From positions 1 through 60,200 of the forward strand of contig QILQ01000011.1 in assembly GCA_003233455.1 (NCBI GenBank): DNA of 60,200 bases, read 5' to 3'. The notes below the pieces were generated by a model. That model made no database searches, was not told where the DNA came from, and saw only the letters and a list, made by a program, of their open reading frames with translations. This DNA is from Candidatus Zambryskiibacteriota bacterium (lineage in GTDB: Bacteria; Patescibacteriota; Minisyncoccia; Phycocordibacterales; WO2-35-19). Below, in pieces: positions 38,443 to 46,811 of the stretch. The translations under genes were made by a program, and so were the position numbers. How positions within the stretch are numbered: the first letter of the stretch is position 1; each line of letters opens with the position of its first letter.

Positions 38443-38563
38443 GCCATGATCTCCCCGCCCAAAAAAAGAGGCGAGGCCAAACTCGCCCAAGAGAACTCAC
38501 TTTTGCGGTCGTTTTGTATCCCAACAATCGGCCGTTTCTTTTTTATAAAAAAATGATAGAGAT

Positions 38564-38600
38564 AGAGGGTTCCCCTCTTACTTTTGAGGTGTGTTGTAAT
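38564..38600. repeat. palindromic element copy A4 (core plus right arm only)
   Basis: agagggTTCccctct-tactttt-gagg-tgtgttgtaat; sits at the 3' boundary of the GC-rich segment. Confidence 0.7.
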
Positions 38601-38769
38601 AATTATTTTTAATTTTTTAACTCAAAACTTTCCTAAAGGGAGACCTTGGATAATTTAAATTAATCCCCTTTCTATCAATTTTTTGATGTTGATAACGTCT
38701 ATTTTAAATCCAATACTTAAAAATATCTTAGCAAAAAATTAAATCTAAATTGTGTTATAATGTATAATT

Positions 38770-39354
38770 ATGAACAAAATTCCTAAAATATTAATACAAT
38801 ATGGAAAACTTATAGACCCTTTATATATATTTTATTGCCAAAACAACCCGAGTTTAAAAAAAAGAGGTTGGAACGATTGGATTCCTCCAAAACCAAAAGA
38901 GTTAAAAAGACGCATTTTAGCATACAAAAAAGAATGGAAGAAATATGAGAAAAAAGTACTTACTGAAATTTCTGGATCATTAGAACTTTCTTTTAACAGA
39001 GAGGTTATAGATGTATTTATTGTAAGTGGTATTTCAAGAGCAACAAGTCACCCACTCATTATTAAAAGTGGTTTTAAACCAAAAGAGTTTGTGATTACCC
39101 TTGTTCACGAACTTATCCATCAAATTTTTGATGGAAAAGATCTTAAATTTAGCAAAGTTCTCTTAATTAAAGATAAAGACAAAACAGTAAGTAATCATAT
39201 TCTGGTTTATGCTTTACTTCGTAAAATATTTAAAAATAAACCCGAAATGCTTAAAATAATATCTGATATAAAATATAATAAAGATTATAAAAAAGCTTAT
39301 GAAATTTCCAAACCTTACGAAGATATATTGAAATTTTTTAGAAAAAATAAATGA
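38770..39354 (+). CDS. hypothetical protein with HExxH motif (putative zinc metallopeptidase-like)
   Basis: LVHELIHQIF; no signal peptide; TGtTATAAT lies 8 nt before the ATG. Confidence 0.55.
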   Translation: MNKIPKILIQYGKLIDPLYIFYCQNNPSLKKRGWNDWIPPKPKELKRRILAYKKEWKKYEKKVLTEISGSLELSFNREVIDVFIVSGISRATSHPLIIKSGFKPKEFVITLVHELIHQIFDGKDLKFSKVLLIKDKDKTVSNHILVYALLRKIFKNKPEMLKIISDIKYNKDYKKAYEISKPYEDILKFFRKNK

Positions 39355-39391
39355 GCCTCTTCAAACCGAAAAGAGACTCATTCACTTGCAC

Positions 39392-39529
39392 CTAGTAGTC
39401 TTGGTCAGGACTGTCAGCATCGCTGTCAGAACCGTGATCACTACCTAAGACTGAATCGTCATCATCGCACCGATAAGCGGAACAAATCGCATCATCGGCT
39501 GGATCTCCGAAACTATAAGGCATCGGCAT
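39392..39529 (-). CDS. small highly acidic protein (45 aa), not in the ORF track
   Basis: AGGAG lies 8 nt before the ATG. My translation is MPMPYSFGDPADDAICSAYRCDDDDSVLGSDHGSDSDADSPDQDY. The local G+C is well above that of the neighbours. Confidence 0.4.
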   Translation of the reverse strand: MPMPYSFGDPADDAICSAYRCDDDDSVLGSDHGSDSDADSPDQDY

Positions 39530-39550
39530 AGTATATTTCTCCTTCCCTCA

Positions 39551-39575
39551 AGGAGGACCTAGCTAACGTCCTCCT
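39551..39575 (-). promoter_or_regulatory. perfect 8-bp hairpin AGGAGGAC-N9-GTCCTCCT in the leader of the small acidic ORF
   Basis: aggaggac ctagctaac gtcctcct, 22 nt upstream of the start codon; function unknown. Confidence 0.35.
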
Positions 39576-39616
39576 ATCCAAAGTACAGATTGTACAAACC
39601 CTGTCTATTCAAAAGT

Positions 39617-39654
39617 AAGAGGGTTCCCCTTCTACTTTTGGAGTGTGGTGTAAT
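39617..39654. repeat. palindromic element copy A5 (imperfect core plus right arm)
   Basis: aagagggTTCcccttct-acttttgga-g-tgtggtgtaat. Confidence 0.65.
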
Positions 39655-39711
39655 AATTTTATTATCTCATCTGTATAAGTTTTCTTCCTTTGGCAGTTTT
39701 CATCTGATATA

Positions 39712-39738
39712 CAAAAAAAATACCCAGAAATTGGATAT
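39712..39738 (-). terminator. intrinsic terminator of the ABC-exporter operon
   Basis: Minus-strand RNA AUAUCC-AAUUUCU-GGGUAU followed by U8, about 20 nt after the stop of 39759..40256. Confidence 0.55.
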
Positions 39739-39758
39739 TTTTCTTCAAAACATTTTTT

Positions 39759-40256
39759 CTACTTATTAATCATTACAGTCAAATCCACTGAAACTTTATG
39801 ACTGACGCTATTTTCGGAAATAGTAATTAAAAACCGTTGACTGTTATCAGCTTTTGTCGCCACCAAAGAACGCAAGTTTTTGTTTTCCAGTGATGAAAGA
39901 ATTTTCCAGCCGTTATTTTTTAAATATTTTTTGTAGATAGTATAATTTTCATCAACGCTTTTTTTAGAAATAAACTTTCTGGTGTATTGGGTTACTCCTG
40001 GTTTATCAATTGAAGTGATTGTATCATTTTCAGTAATTAGAGTATTTTTTTCTAAAAGGCTATTTACTGGAATGGCTGACGGTAATTTGTTTATGTTAAG
40101 CTTATTTACCGTAATATTTTGAGGTGCAGTTATTGGTGTAAATAATCCCCTATTCACTTCTGATCGCCCAAAAATAGAATAGACTATAAAAACACCTGAT
40201 AAAATAATTAAAATAATCAATCCAACAACAAACTTTTTATTTTCAATTTTTTTCAT
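39759..40256 (-). CDS. hypothetical membrane-anchored protein (last gene of the exporter operon)
   Basis: N-terminal TM FVVGLIILIILSGVFIVYSIF; 165 aa. Confidence 0.6.
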   Translation of the reverse strand: MKKIENKKFVVGLIILIILSGVFIVYSIFGRSEVNRGLFTPITAPQNITVNKLNINKLPSAIPVNSLLEKNTLITENDTITSIDKPGVTQYTRKFISKKSVDENYTIYKKYLKNNGWKILSSLENKNLRSLVATKADNSQRFLITISENSVSHKVSVDLTVMINK

Positions 40257-40350
40257 AATATTTATTATACCCCCCTACTATTACTATTGTTTTATTTTGT
40301 GTGGATAATAAATTTATATTAAATATTTTATAGTAAATCTTTTTTTCAAT

Positions 40351-41841
40351 TTAAAACTCCACCTTATCTCCCGCTTTTAAACCGCTTAAAATTTCCACCA
40401 TACTATTACTACCGACAAGACCCAAAACAACGGGAATTTTTTGAGTTCTATCAGCTTCTATTATTTTATTTACAAAAGTTTGATTATTTTCTTTCAAAAT
40501 AGCGTAAAGTGGCAAACTTAAGACATTTTCTTTTTTAGCAGTTTGGATTTTTAGGTTGGAGGTTAAACCATTTCTGATTTTATTTTCAGGATTTGTTAAA
40601 CTAATTCTAATTTTGTAATTGACCACGCCGTCAACTATCACATTACCCGGTTCTATATAAGATACTTTTCCCAAAAAAGTCTCTGTCGGAAAAGCATCAA
40701 AAGTAATAGAAACCGGATTATTTATAGCTATCTTGCCAATATGAATTTCTGAAATATCAGCTTCAATATAAATTTTGTTTTGACTGATAATAGAAACTAA
40801 AGTATTTCCCGGTAAAACAGTAGCGCCAACTTTGGCATCTTGCAAAGTAATTACGCCGTCAAACGGAGCCTTAATTACCGACTGAGCCAAAGAAGCTTTA
40901 AGAGAAGAAACAGAAGCTTCCGCTTGTTTTACCTTCGCTTCTTGGATTAAAATATTTTCAAATTGACCATTTTTCCCCAGAACAGGCGCGGCGTTTAATT
41001 TATCTTTAGCAGTCACTATGGTTGAAATAGCTCCAGAAACTTCGCTTCTGGCTGATAAAATAGTGGCTTTATAGTTGTTAACGGTAGTATCATAAGCATA
41101 TTCAACTGAAGTAAAATTATTTACCGTTTCGGCCACTTTATTTAAAAAAGCGGAAATGGTATTCAAATCATTTATAGCTTTATTGGCTTCTGAAACTAGA
41201 TTGGTTGAATTGGAGTTTAAGTCTGATATTTTTTTTTGCCAACTAACTAAAATAGTTTCAACTTTTTTTCTAGAGTTGTTTATGCTTATTTTTATATCGC
41301 TCGGCACATTAAAATAATGAATAAAATTGCCGGAAGTTATGGAAATTCCAAACTGAGGATTTTCTATATTGTTTCCAAAAAATTGGTCAGCTTTATTTCT
41401 AACGGCGTCATCAGCATCGGTAAATCCAGATTTGATAGCAGCTGTTAAATTTTTAGAAGCGTCATTATGGGAAATGGGAGCGGTGCTTTTCATCTCTCTT
41501 AATTTTATATTTTCTTCCAAAAGTAAAGCTCTGGCTTTTTCCAAATCAGCGGAAATTTTTTCCGTTTCAAGAGAAACAATAGTTTGTCCCCGCTTTACCT
41601 TATCGCCCAACAAAAAGTAAACGCTTGCAATTCTGCTTGATTTATCAAAACCAAGGTCAACGCTTTGGTTTGGTTTTATTTTGCCGGTAGCAACTACTTC
41701 TTGAATAATATCCGCTCGCGAGACAATTACTTCTTGTTTGCCATCACCTCTATTTAAAACAACCGCGATAACTATCGCGACAACCGCTCCAATACCAATA
41801 TATATCAGCATTTTTTTAGATAAAAAAGAAAATATTTTCAT
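40351..41841 (-). CDS. HlyD/MacA-type periplasmic adaptor (membrane fusion protein)
   Basis: N-terminal TM, biotinyl-lipoyl-like hairpin flanking a very long coiled coil, C-terminal beta-barrel segment; TGtTATAAT lies 7 nt before the ATG. Confidence 0.8.
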   Translation of the reverse strand: MKIFSFLSKKMLIYIGIGAVVAIVIAVVLNRGDGKQEVIVSRADIIQEVVATGKIKPNQSVDLGFDKSSRIASVYFLLGDKVKRGQTIVSLETEKISADLEKARALLLEENIKLREMKSTAPISHNDASKNLTAAIKSGFTDADDAVRNKADQFFGNNIENPQFGISITSGNFIHYFNVPSDIKISINNSRKKVETILVSWQKKISDLNSNSTNLVSEANKAINDLNTISAFLNKVAETVNNFTSVEYAYDTTVNNYKATILSARSEVSGAISTIVTAKDKLNAAPVLGKNGQFENILIQEAKVKQAEASVSSLKASLAQSVIKAPFDGVITLQDAKVGATVLPGNTLVSIISQNKIYIEADISEIHIGKIAINNPVSITFDAFPTETFLGKVSYIEPGNVIVDGVVNYKIRISLTNPENKIRNGLTSNLKIQTAKKENVLSLPLYAILKENNQTFVNKIIEADRTQKIPVVLGLVGSNSMVEILSGLKAGDKVEF

Positions 41842-41866
41842 TGTCGCTATTATAACAAGTTTTTAT

Positions 41867-42562
41867 TTAAATAACATTTTCTGGTTTGCCGTCAGCCACA
41901 ATAACGCCGTCACCAAGCTTTATCGCTCTTCTGGTTAATCTGGCATATTCCGATTCGTGAGTAACCATCACGATAGTTTGACCGCCAGAGTTGAGTTCCG
42001 AAAAAGTTTGCATTACTTGATTAGCGGTTTCCGAATCAAGATTAGCAGTTGGTTCATCGGCAAAAATTATTTTAGGGTCATGAGCGATAGCTCTGGCGAT
42101 AGAAATTCTTTGTTGTTCCCCGCCGGAAAGTTGGTTTGGCAAACTTTCCAACCTATCAGTCAAACCAGCTCTATGCAAAGCTTTTTCCGCTTTTTGATAA
42201 GCTTCCTTCTTCCCAAAACCTTGCATCAAAAGAGGTATTGCCGCATTTTCAATAGCGGTAAGTTCCGGCACCAAAGCATAATCTTGAAAAACATAGCCAA
42301 GCTCTTTCAGTCTAAATTTGGTTCGTTCTTCATTACCAAGAGCTGAGACTTTTATTCCATTTATTATTATTTCTCCGGAATTCGGATGGTCCAAAAGACC
42401 TAATTGATAAAGCAAAGTGGACTTGCCGGAACCGGATCGTCCGGTAACAGAAAAAAATTGACCTTCCTCAATTTCAAATGACATATTATTTAAGACCACC
42501 AGCTCTTTATCTCCGGTTTTAAATGATTTTGTTAAATTTTTCACTTCTATTATTTTTGACAT
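41867..42562 (-). CDS. ABC transporter ATP-binding protein (MacB/LolD type)
   Basis: Walker A GRSGSGKST, signature LSGGEQQR, Walker B IIFADEPT. Confidence 0.92.
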   Translation of the reverse strand: MSKIIEVKNLTKSFKTGDKELVVLNNMSFEIEEGQFFSVTGRSGSGKSTLLYQLGLLDHPNSGEIIINGIKVSALGNEERTKFRLKELGYVFQDYALVPELTAIENAAIPLLMQGFGKKEAYQKAEKALHRAGLTDRLESLPNQLSGGEQQRISIARAIAHDPKIIFADEPTANLDSETANQVMQTFSELNSGGQTIVMVTHESEYARLTRRAIKLGDGVIVADGKPENVI

Positions 42563-42640
42563 CTTGTTTTTTTAAAAATCTTTTTATTTTTTCTTTTTTC
42601 TTTTTCCTACATTTAAGAGAGTTACGCGCGAGAAGTGAGG

Positions 42641-43918
42641 TTACCTACCAAGTATTGAATCCAAAGTATTTTTTTTGACCACAATGCGAGCCGGTATAAA
42701 TCCGGCGATAATAGTGGCTAAAGCGAGCAAAAAGACTCGGAAAAAGGTGGCTCCCGCTTTAGCCACTAAAATACCATCACTAAACGGAAATTTAATCGGA
42801 TGAGTATTGATAAACGGCACCAAAAATCCATAAAGAATAAGCAGTCCCACTCCGATACCAAAAATAGCGTAAAAAAGAGACTGAAAAACATAAGAAATTT
42901 CAATGGCTTGAGCACTGATGCCGATACCTTTCATAATACCAATAAACTTTTTGCGAGTGATAGCATTGACAAAAATAACGATAAAAATAGTGATAGCAGC
43001 CACCACCAACCCGATAGAACCGATTATGTCTCCCAAAATGGCGAAAGTTTTTTTAACATCTATTATAAATTTCGGCAAAGCTTCATTCGCTGTTTGCACC
43101 CGCGCCCTATCGCCTATTCCGGAATTCAAGAGAGCATCTTTGACAACTATCGGATTTGCTCCGGCTTTTAGTTTTATCGCCACTTCATTAACATTATAAT
43201 CAGTCCGACCAATCATATTGCGAAGAACACTATCCAATACATAAGCTCGAAAATCCACTTCATCCGCTTTGCTTCGGATAACTCCTTTAACAGTAAGCTC
43301 TTTAGTATTGCCATCAACTTTTATCCTCACTTTATCTCCAAGTTTTACATTTCTAAGAGAAGTAAAACTGGCGGAATCCATCGGCATATATTTTTTTAAA
43401 AGACTGGAGCCAAGCAATATATAATTTGTGTCCCCAAGGGAAAGAAATTTTCCTTCTATTATTTTTGAAGATAAATCAGTGGTATTATTTTCAGCAACAG
43501 GATTAATTCCGGCAATTATCGCTCCAACACTATTAGGAGCGTCAGTCAAACGAATTCTGCTTTTATAATCAGCTTCAATATTACCTCTTTCTAAATATCG
43601 CGGAGAAAATGATTCTACCCAAGGTAGAGTTTTTATTGTCTCTAACATAGAAGGGCTATTTTCAATATAACTTTTTTGGCGTAATTCAGAAACAAAAACT
43701 TCTCCGGTGGAATACTTCTGATAAATTTCAGTTGAGCCTTCAATAATACCTATTAAAACTCCCCGCACCACTACCAAATTTAAAAAAGTTAAAGTCATTA
43801 TAAAAATAATGAGAGCGGTAGTGGCTTTGTTTGATCGCCTCATCTGTCTGATTGCCAAGAAAAAACCCAATTTAAACGAGATTAAAAATTCATCAATTTT
43901 TCTCTTTTGCTTTTGCAT
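42641..43918 (-). CDS. ABC transporter permease, FtsX/MacB-like
   Basis: N-terminal TM, large extracytoplasmic domain, C-terminal FtsX-like 3-TM bundle. Confidence 0.85.
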   Translation of the reverse strand: MQKQKRKIDEFLISFKLGFFLAIRQMRRSNKATTALIIFIMTLTFLNLVVVRGVLIGIIEGSTEIYQKYSTGEVFVSELRQKSYIENSPSMLETIKTLPWVESFSPRYLERGNIEADYKSRIRLTDAPNSVGAIIAGINPVAENNTTDLSSKIIEGKFLSLGDTNYILLGSSLLKKYMPMDSASFTSLRNVKLGDKVRIKVDGNTKELTVKGVIRSKADEVDFRAYVLDSVLRNMIGRTDYNVNEVAIKLKAGANPIVVKDALLNSGIGDRARVQTANEALPKFIIDVKKTFAILGDIIGSIGLVVAAITIFIVIFVNAITRKKFIGIMKGIGISAQAIEISYVFQSLFYAIFGIGVGLLILYGFLVPFINTHPIKFPFSDGILVAKAGATFFRVFLLALATIIAGFIPARIVVKKNTLDSILGR

Positions 43919-43967
43919 CTTACTTATTTCTTATAATAATAACATAATTTCTCCCACCTCTCATTTA

Positions 43968-44008
43968 AGGAAGAGGGTTCCCCTCTTCCTTTTGACTTGT
44001 GGTATAAT
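43968..44008. repeat. palindromic element copy A6 (upstream flank of the second Y1 transposase)
   Basis: aggaagagggTTCccctcttcct-tttgact-tgtggtataat. Confidence 0.8.
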
Positions 44009-44021
44009 AATTATTAACAAA

Positions 44022-44702
44022 ATGAAAAACAGAGATTATAAAAAATTTGAAAAAGGTGGTATTTATCATGTTTATAACAGAGGTGTTGGCAAAATGAAAA
44101 TATTTGAAGACAAAAAAGATTTTAGAGTATTTTTATATAGATTAAAAGAAAATTTATTCCCAGAAAAAAATAAAATTAAAAATTCTATCCCGAAAAAGAA
44201 AATTTATAATAGAAAATTACTTCCGCCAAAATCTTTTAATCTTATTTGCTACTGTTTAATGCCAAATCATTTTCATTTACTGATGCAACAGAAAACAGAT
44301 CTGCCTATAAGCAAAATAATCTCAAAAATATGTACAGGATATTCAATGTATTTCAATAAAAAAAATAACCGTGTTGGCTCATTATTTCAAGATGCATTTA
44401 AAGCTGTAAGAATTGAAAACAATGAACAATTATTATGGACATCATTATATATTCATGAAAATCCTGTAAAATCTGGAATAATCAAAAAACTTGAAGATTA
44501 TGAATGGAGCAGTTTTTTGGATTACACCAAATCAAACCCAAATACTTTATGTAAAAAAGATATATTACTTGGTCAATTTATTTCACCTAAATCATATTTG
44601 AAATATTTCAAAAATCCGGAAGAAAATAAAAAGGCTCAAAATCAAATGATTGGTTTTCAAGATTTATTTATTGATGAAGATTTCTTAGAAAATTTCTTTT
44701 AA
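44022..44702 (+). CDS. IS200/RayT-like HUH-Y1 tyrosine transposase (second copy)
   Basis: IYHVYNRGV, MPNHFHLLM (HUH), LYIHENPVK (catalytic Tyr). ATG at 44022 chosen; the longer track ORF from 43809 overlaps the permease gene. Confidence 0.75.
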   Translation: MKNRDYKKFEKGGIYHVYNRGVGKMKIFEDKKDFRVFLYRLKENLFPEKNKIKNSIPKKKIYNRKLLPPKSFNLICYCLMPNHFHLLMQQKTDLPISKIISKICTGYSMYFNKKNNRVGSLFQDAFKAVRIENNEQLLWTSLYIHENPVKSGIIKKLEDYEWSSFLDYTKSNPNTLCKKDILLGQFISPKSYLKYFKNPEENKKAQNQMIGFQDLFIDEDFLENFF

Positions 44703-44705
44703 TAA

Positions 44706-44766
44706 ATTACAACACAATTTTTTTTAGGAAGAGGGGAACCCTCTTCCTTTTTACTTGTGGTATAAT
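44706..44766. repeat. about 60-bp palindromic element copy A7 (downstream flank of the second Y1 transposase)
   Basis: attacaacaca-atttttttt-aggaagagggGAAccctcttcct-ttttact-tgtggtataat; stem and right arm match A6 but the loop is flipped. Confidence 0.85.
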
Positions 44767-44771
44767 AATAC

Positions 44772-45308
44772 TTATTTCAAACCTTTGCAATTTGCAGCGG
44801 GGAGATAGCCGGAAGCACGAGCTTCTTTAATTGAATTAAAAGTTATCAGATTTTTGGGAGAAATTCGTTTAGCTCCGGAGCACCACGGATAATGATATTT
44901 GGCACCATTTTTTGATGCCACTACTTGTCCTGAATTTGTTTGTAATGAGTTTGTTGAATTTATAGAAGGACTTGCTCCCACCACTGCAGTTTGTTGGATA
45001 GAATGAATAGAAGGTGTATTTTGAGTTTCCTTTTTAAAGTAAGGGTGATTAAGGGATGAGTTATTCAAAATCCTCACTGGAGGTCTCCTTTCTTGCAATA
45101 CCGAAAGTCTACCCAAAGAAAAAGATATTATCGCTATAAAAATAATAATAAAAGGAATAAAATACCTGCCATTTAAAAAATTTATCAACTCCCCTTTCCA
45201 ATCATTTCTTTTTTTCGCTTGCTCCGATATTGCCGAAAGATTAAAATCTTCTTCTTTTACATATTCCTCTATTTCTTCTTTTTTCTCTTTTTTGGGAGAT
45301 TTAATCAT
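44772..45308 (-). CDS. membrane-anchored protein with C-terminal Cys-containing Ada-Zn/sunset-like domain
   Basis: TM FIPFIIIFIAIISFSLG; C-terminal ASKNGAKYHYPWCSGAKRISPKNLITFNSIKEARASGYLPAANC. Confidence 0.5.
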   Translation of the reverse strand: MIKSPKKEKKEEIEEYVKEEDFNLSAISEQAKKRNDWKGELINFLNGRYFIPFIIIFIAIISFSLGRLSVLQERRPPVRILNNSSLNHPYFKKETQNTPSIHSIQQTAVVGASPSINSTNSLQTNSGQVVASKNGAKYHYPWCSGAKRISPKNLITFNSIKEARASGYLPAANCKGLK

Positions 45309-45411
45309 TGAAAATTATAAGATTGCATTTTATCTAGCTTTGTTTTATACTTTCCTTATCTGCATTATAGCAGTTTTTATCTTGATTTTTATAACTTTTT
45401 ACTAAACTTAT

Positions 45412-45684
45412 ATGTCACATAAAAAAGCCGCCGGCACAACAAAAAACGGGAGAGATTCAAACCCAAAATATTTAGGAATTAAACTTTCAGATGGAAGTGT
45501 CTGTCTTGCGGGTTCTATTTTGGCACGTCAAAGAGGCTCAAAAATACTACCCGGAACAAATGTTGGGATGGGTAAAGACCACACTCTTTTTGCTCTTAAA
45601 AAAGGCGTAGTCAAAATGAATTCTAAAAGAAAAGTCCACTTTGACGGCACTATTGTTATCAAAAAAGTGGCTAATGTTGTTTAG
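45412..45684 (+). CDS. rpmA: 50S ribosomal protein L27
   Basis: [24 protein letters not shown]...ILARQRGSK. Confidence 0.95.
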   Translation: MSHKKAAGTTKNGRDSNPKYLGIKLSDGSVCLAGSILARQRGSKILPGTNVGMGKDHTLFALKKGVVKMNSKRKVHFDGTIVIKKVANVV

Positions 45685-46340
45685 TAAAACAACGGAAGAT
45701 ATTTCTTTTTAGATTTTAAATACCTTATAACTTTTTCTTTGGTTTCTTTTGGTACTATATTCCCAATTTTTGCCATTCCAGGAATCAACATAAGTATTGG
45801 TGTTGTAAATCCTTTTACATCATGATAAACCATTCCTGATACAAATCTTCTTTTTTCATTATCTTCTATTGGATCTTCTCTATTTGAATTAATTCTATCT
45901 ATTAATTTAATTCTATTCAAAACCGAAGAATGATCTGCAGATTCTATGTACTCAAGTGTTTCTGGATCTATTTCAAATCCTTTTAATAGATCACCCATAG
46001 AAAACAGATTTTTATCTTCTTGACTTCTAGATTTACATCCTTCTAGTAATTTTTTTAAATCTATCCTATCCATATTTTTCAATTTTGCCAATTCAGAAGT
46101 ATAAAGAGATTCTTCTTTTGTTTCTTCACTTACAATACGAAATTTACTTTCATCAGTCAGGTCTTCCGGAACTTTTATCCGATTCCGTATATAATTCTGT
46201 ACTAAACTTTCATCTGCACTTGGTACTCCTAGTCTACCTCCTTCTTTCATTTTATCTGATAAATTTTTATCTAATTTTTCTAAAGCCTCAATTCTAGCTT
46301 GAGTATCAAAGTGGTCTTCTGGATTTTCTTTGAATTTCAT
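45681..46340 (-). CDS. hypothetical protein
   Basis: 219-codon ORF; no recognisable motif. Confidence 0.5.
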   Translation of the reverse strand: MKFKENPEDHFDTQARIEALEKLDKNLSDKMKEGGRLGVPSADESLVQNYIRNRIKVPEDLTDESKFRIVSEETKEESLYTSELAKLKNMDRIDLKKLLEGCKSRSQEDKNLFSMGDLLKGFEIDPETLEYIESADHSSVLNRIKLIDRINSNREDPIEDNEKRRFVSGMVYHDVKGFTTPILMLIPGMAKIGNIVPKETKEKVIRYLKSKKKYLPLFY

Positions 46341-46362
46341 AAATAAAGTAATTTAATTTATT

Positions 46363-46809
46363 TTATTCTTCTGTCTCAACTACAAGTGCAAACTCTCCTT
46401 TATTTTTGCCCACCTGAGCCAAGATAATATGTTCACCTATTTCTTTGATTGGATTTTCGGTAGAAATATATTCTGCGTCAATTTCTATTTTAGCTTGTTC
46501 TTTTAAAGCTTCCGAGATTTCGGCTGGATGAATTTGTTCAAATAAATGCCCTTTATCATTTGTTTTCTTTTTTAAAACAACTTTTACTTTCTTAAGCATT
46601 TCCAGTTGTTTTTCCGCTAATTTTTCTCTAATTTCTTTTTCAACATCAATTGTGGATTTTAAAATTTCCGCTTTTTTGATGGCATCTTGACTGGCAAATT
46701 CTGCCAGCTTTTTTGGTATTAAAAAATTATTGGCGTAACCATCAGCTACATTTTTGACTTCATATTTTTTGCCAACTCCTTTTATATTTTCTTTTAATAT
46801 AATTTTCAT
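46363..46809 (-). CDS. rplI: 50S ribosomal protein L9
   Basis: MKIILKENIKGVGKKYEVKNVADGYANNFLIPKKLA. Confidence 0.92.
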   Translation of the reverse strand: MKIILKENIKGVGKKYEVKNVADGYANNFLIPKKLAEFASQDAIKKAEILKSTIDVEKEIREKLAEKQLEMLKKVKVVLKKKTNDKGHLFEQIHPAEISEALKEQAKIEIDAEYISTENPIKEIGEHIILAQVGKNKGEFALVVETEE

Positions 46810-46811
46810 AT

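Noticed and set aside
37508-38480. Additional ORFs in the track within the GC-rich segment (37508..37768, 37591..37911 minus, 38027..38230, 38070..38276 minus, 38283..38480 minus)
   Set aside because: Overlapping shadow ORFs are expected in GC-rich DNA. All are much shorter than the 37543..38442 frame and lack start signals.
37508-38530. GC-rich kilobase as a large structured non-coding RNA (GC-rich intergenic regions in AT-rich genomes often are)
   Set aside because: A single stop-free frame of about 300 codons is very unlikely by chance at this G+C. It also has a well-placed AGGAGG and a signal-peptide-like N-terminus. Protein-coding is the simpler reading, though only a coding-potential or covariation test would settle it.
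35087-39700. Diversity-generating retroelement (common in CPR genomes, with C-terminal variable repeats in surface proteins)
   Set aside because: There is no reverse-transcriptase ORF anywhere in the window. I could also find no template/variable repeat pair differing at adenines.
692-43199. Numerous 60-130-aa antisense ORFs in the track (for example 692..886, 4310..4579, 9027..9338, 14940..15230, 19415..19672, 42800..43171, 47386..47745)
   Set aside because: They lie entirely within, and antisense or out of frame to, well-supported conserved genes. They have low-complexity composition typical of shadow ORFs.
43809-44021. Long N-terminal extension of the second transposase ORF (track start 43809)
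   Set aside because: It overlaps the start of the permease gene on the other strand and runs through the palindromic element. The conserved transposase N-terminus (…GGIYHVYNRG) begins shortly after the ATG at 44022.
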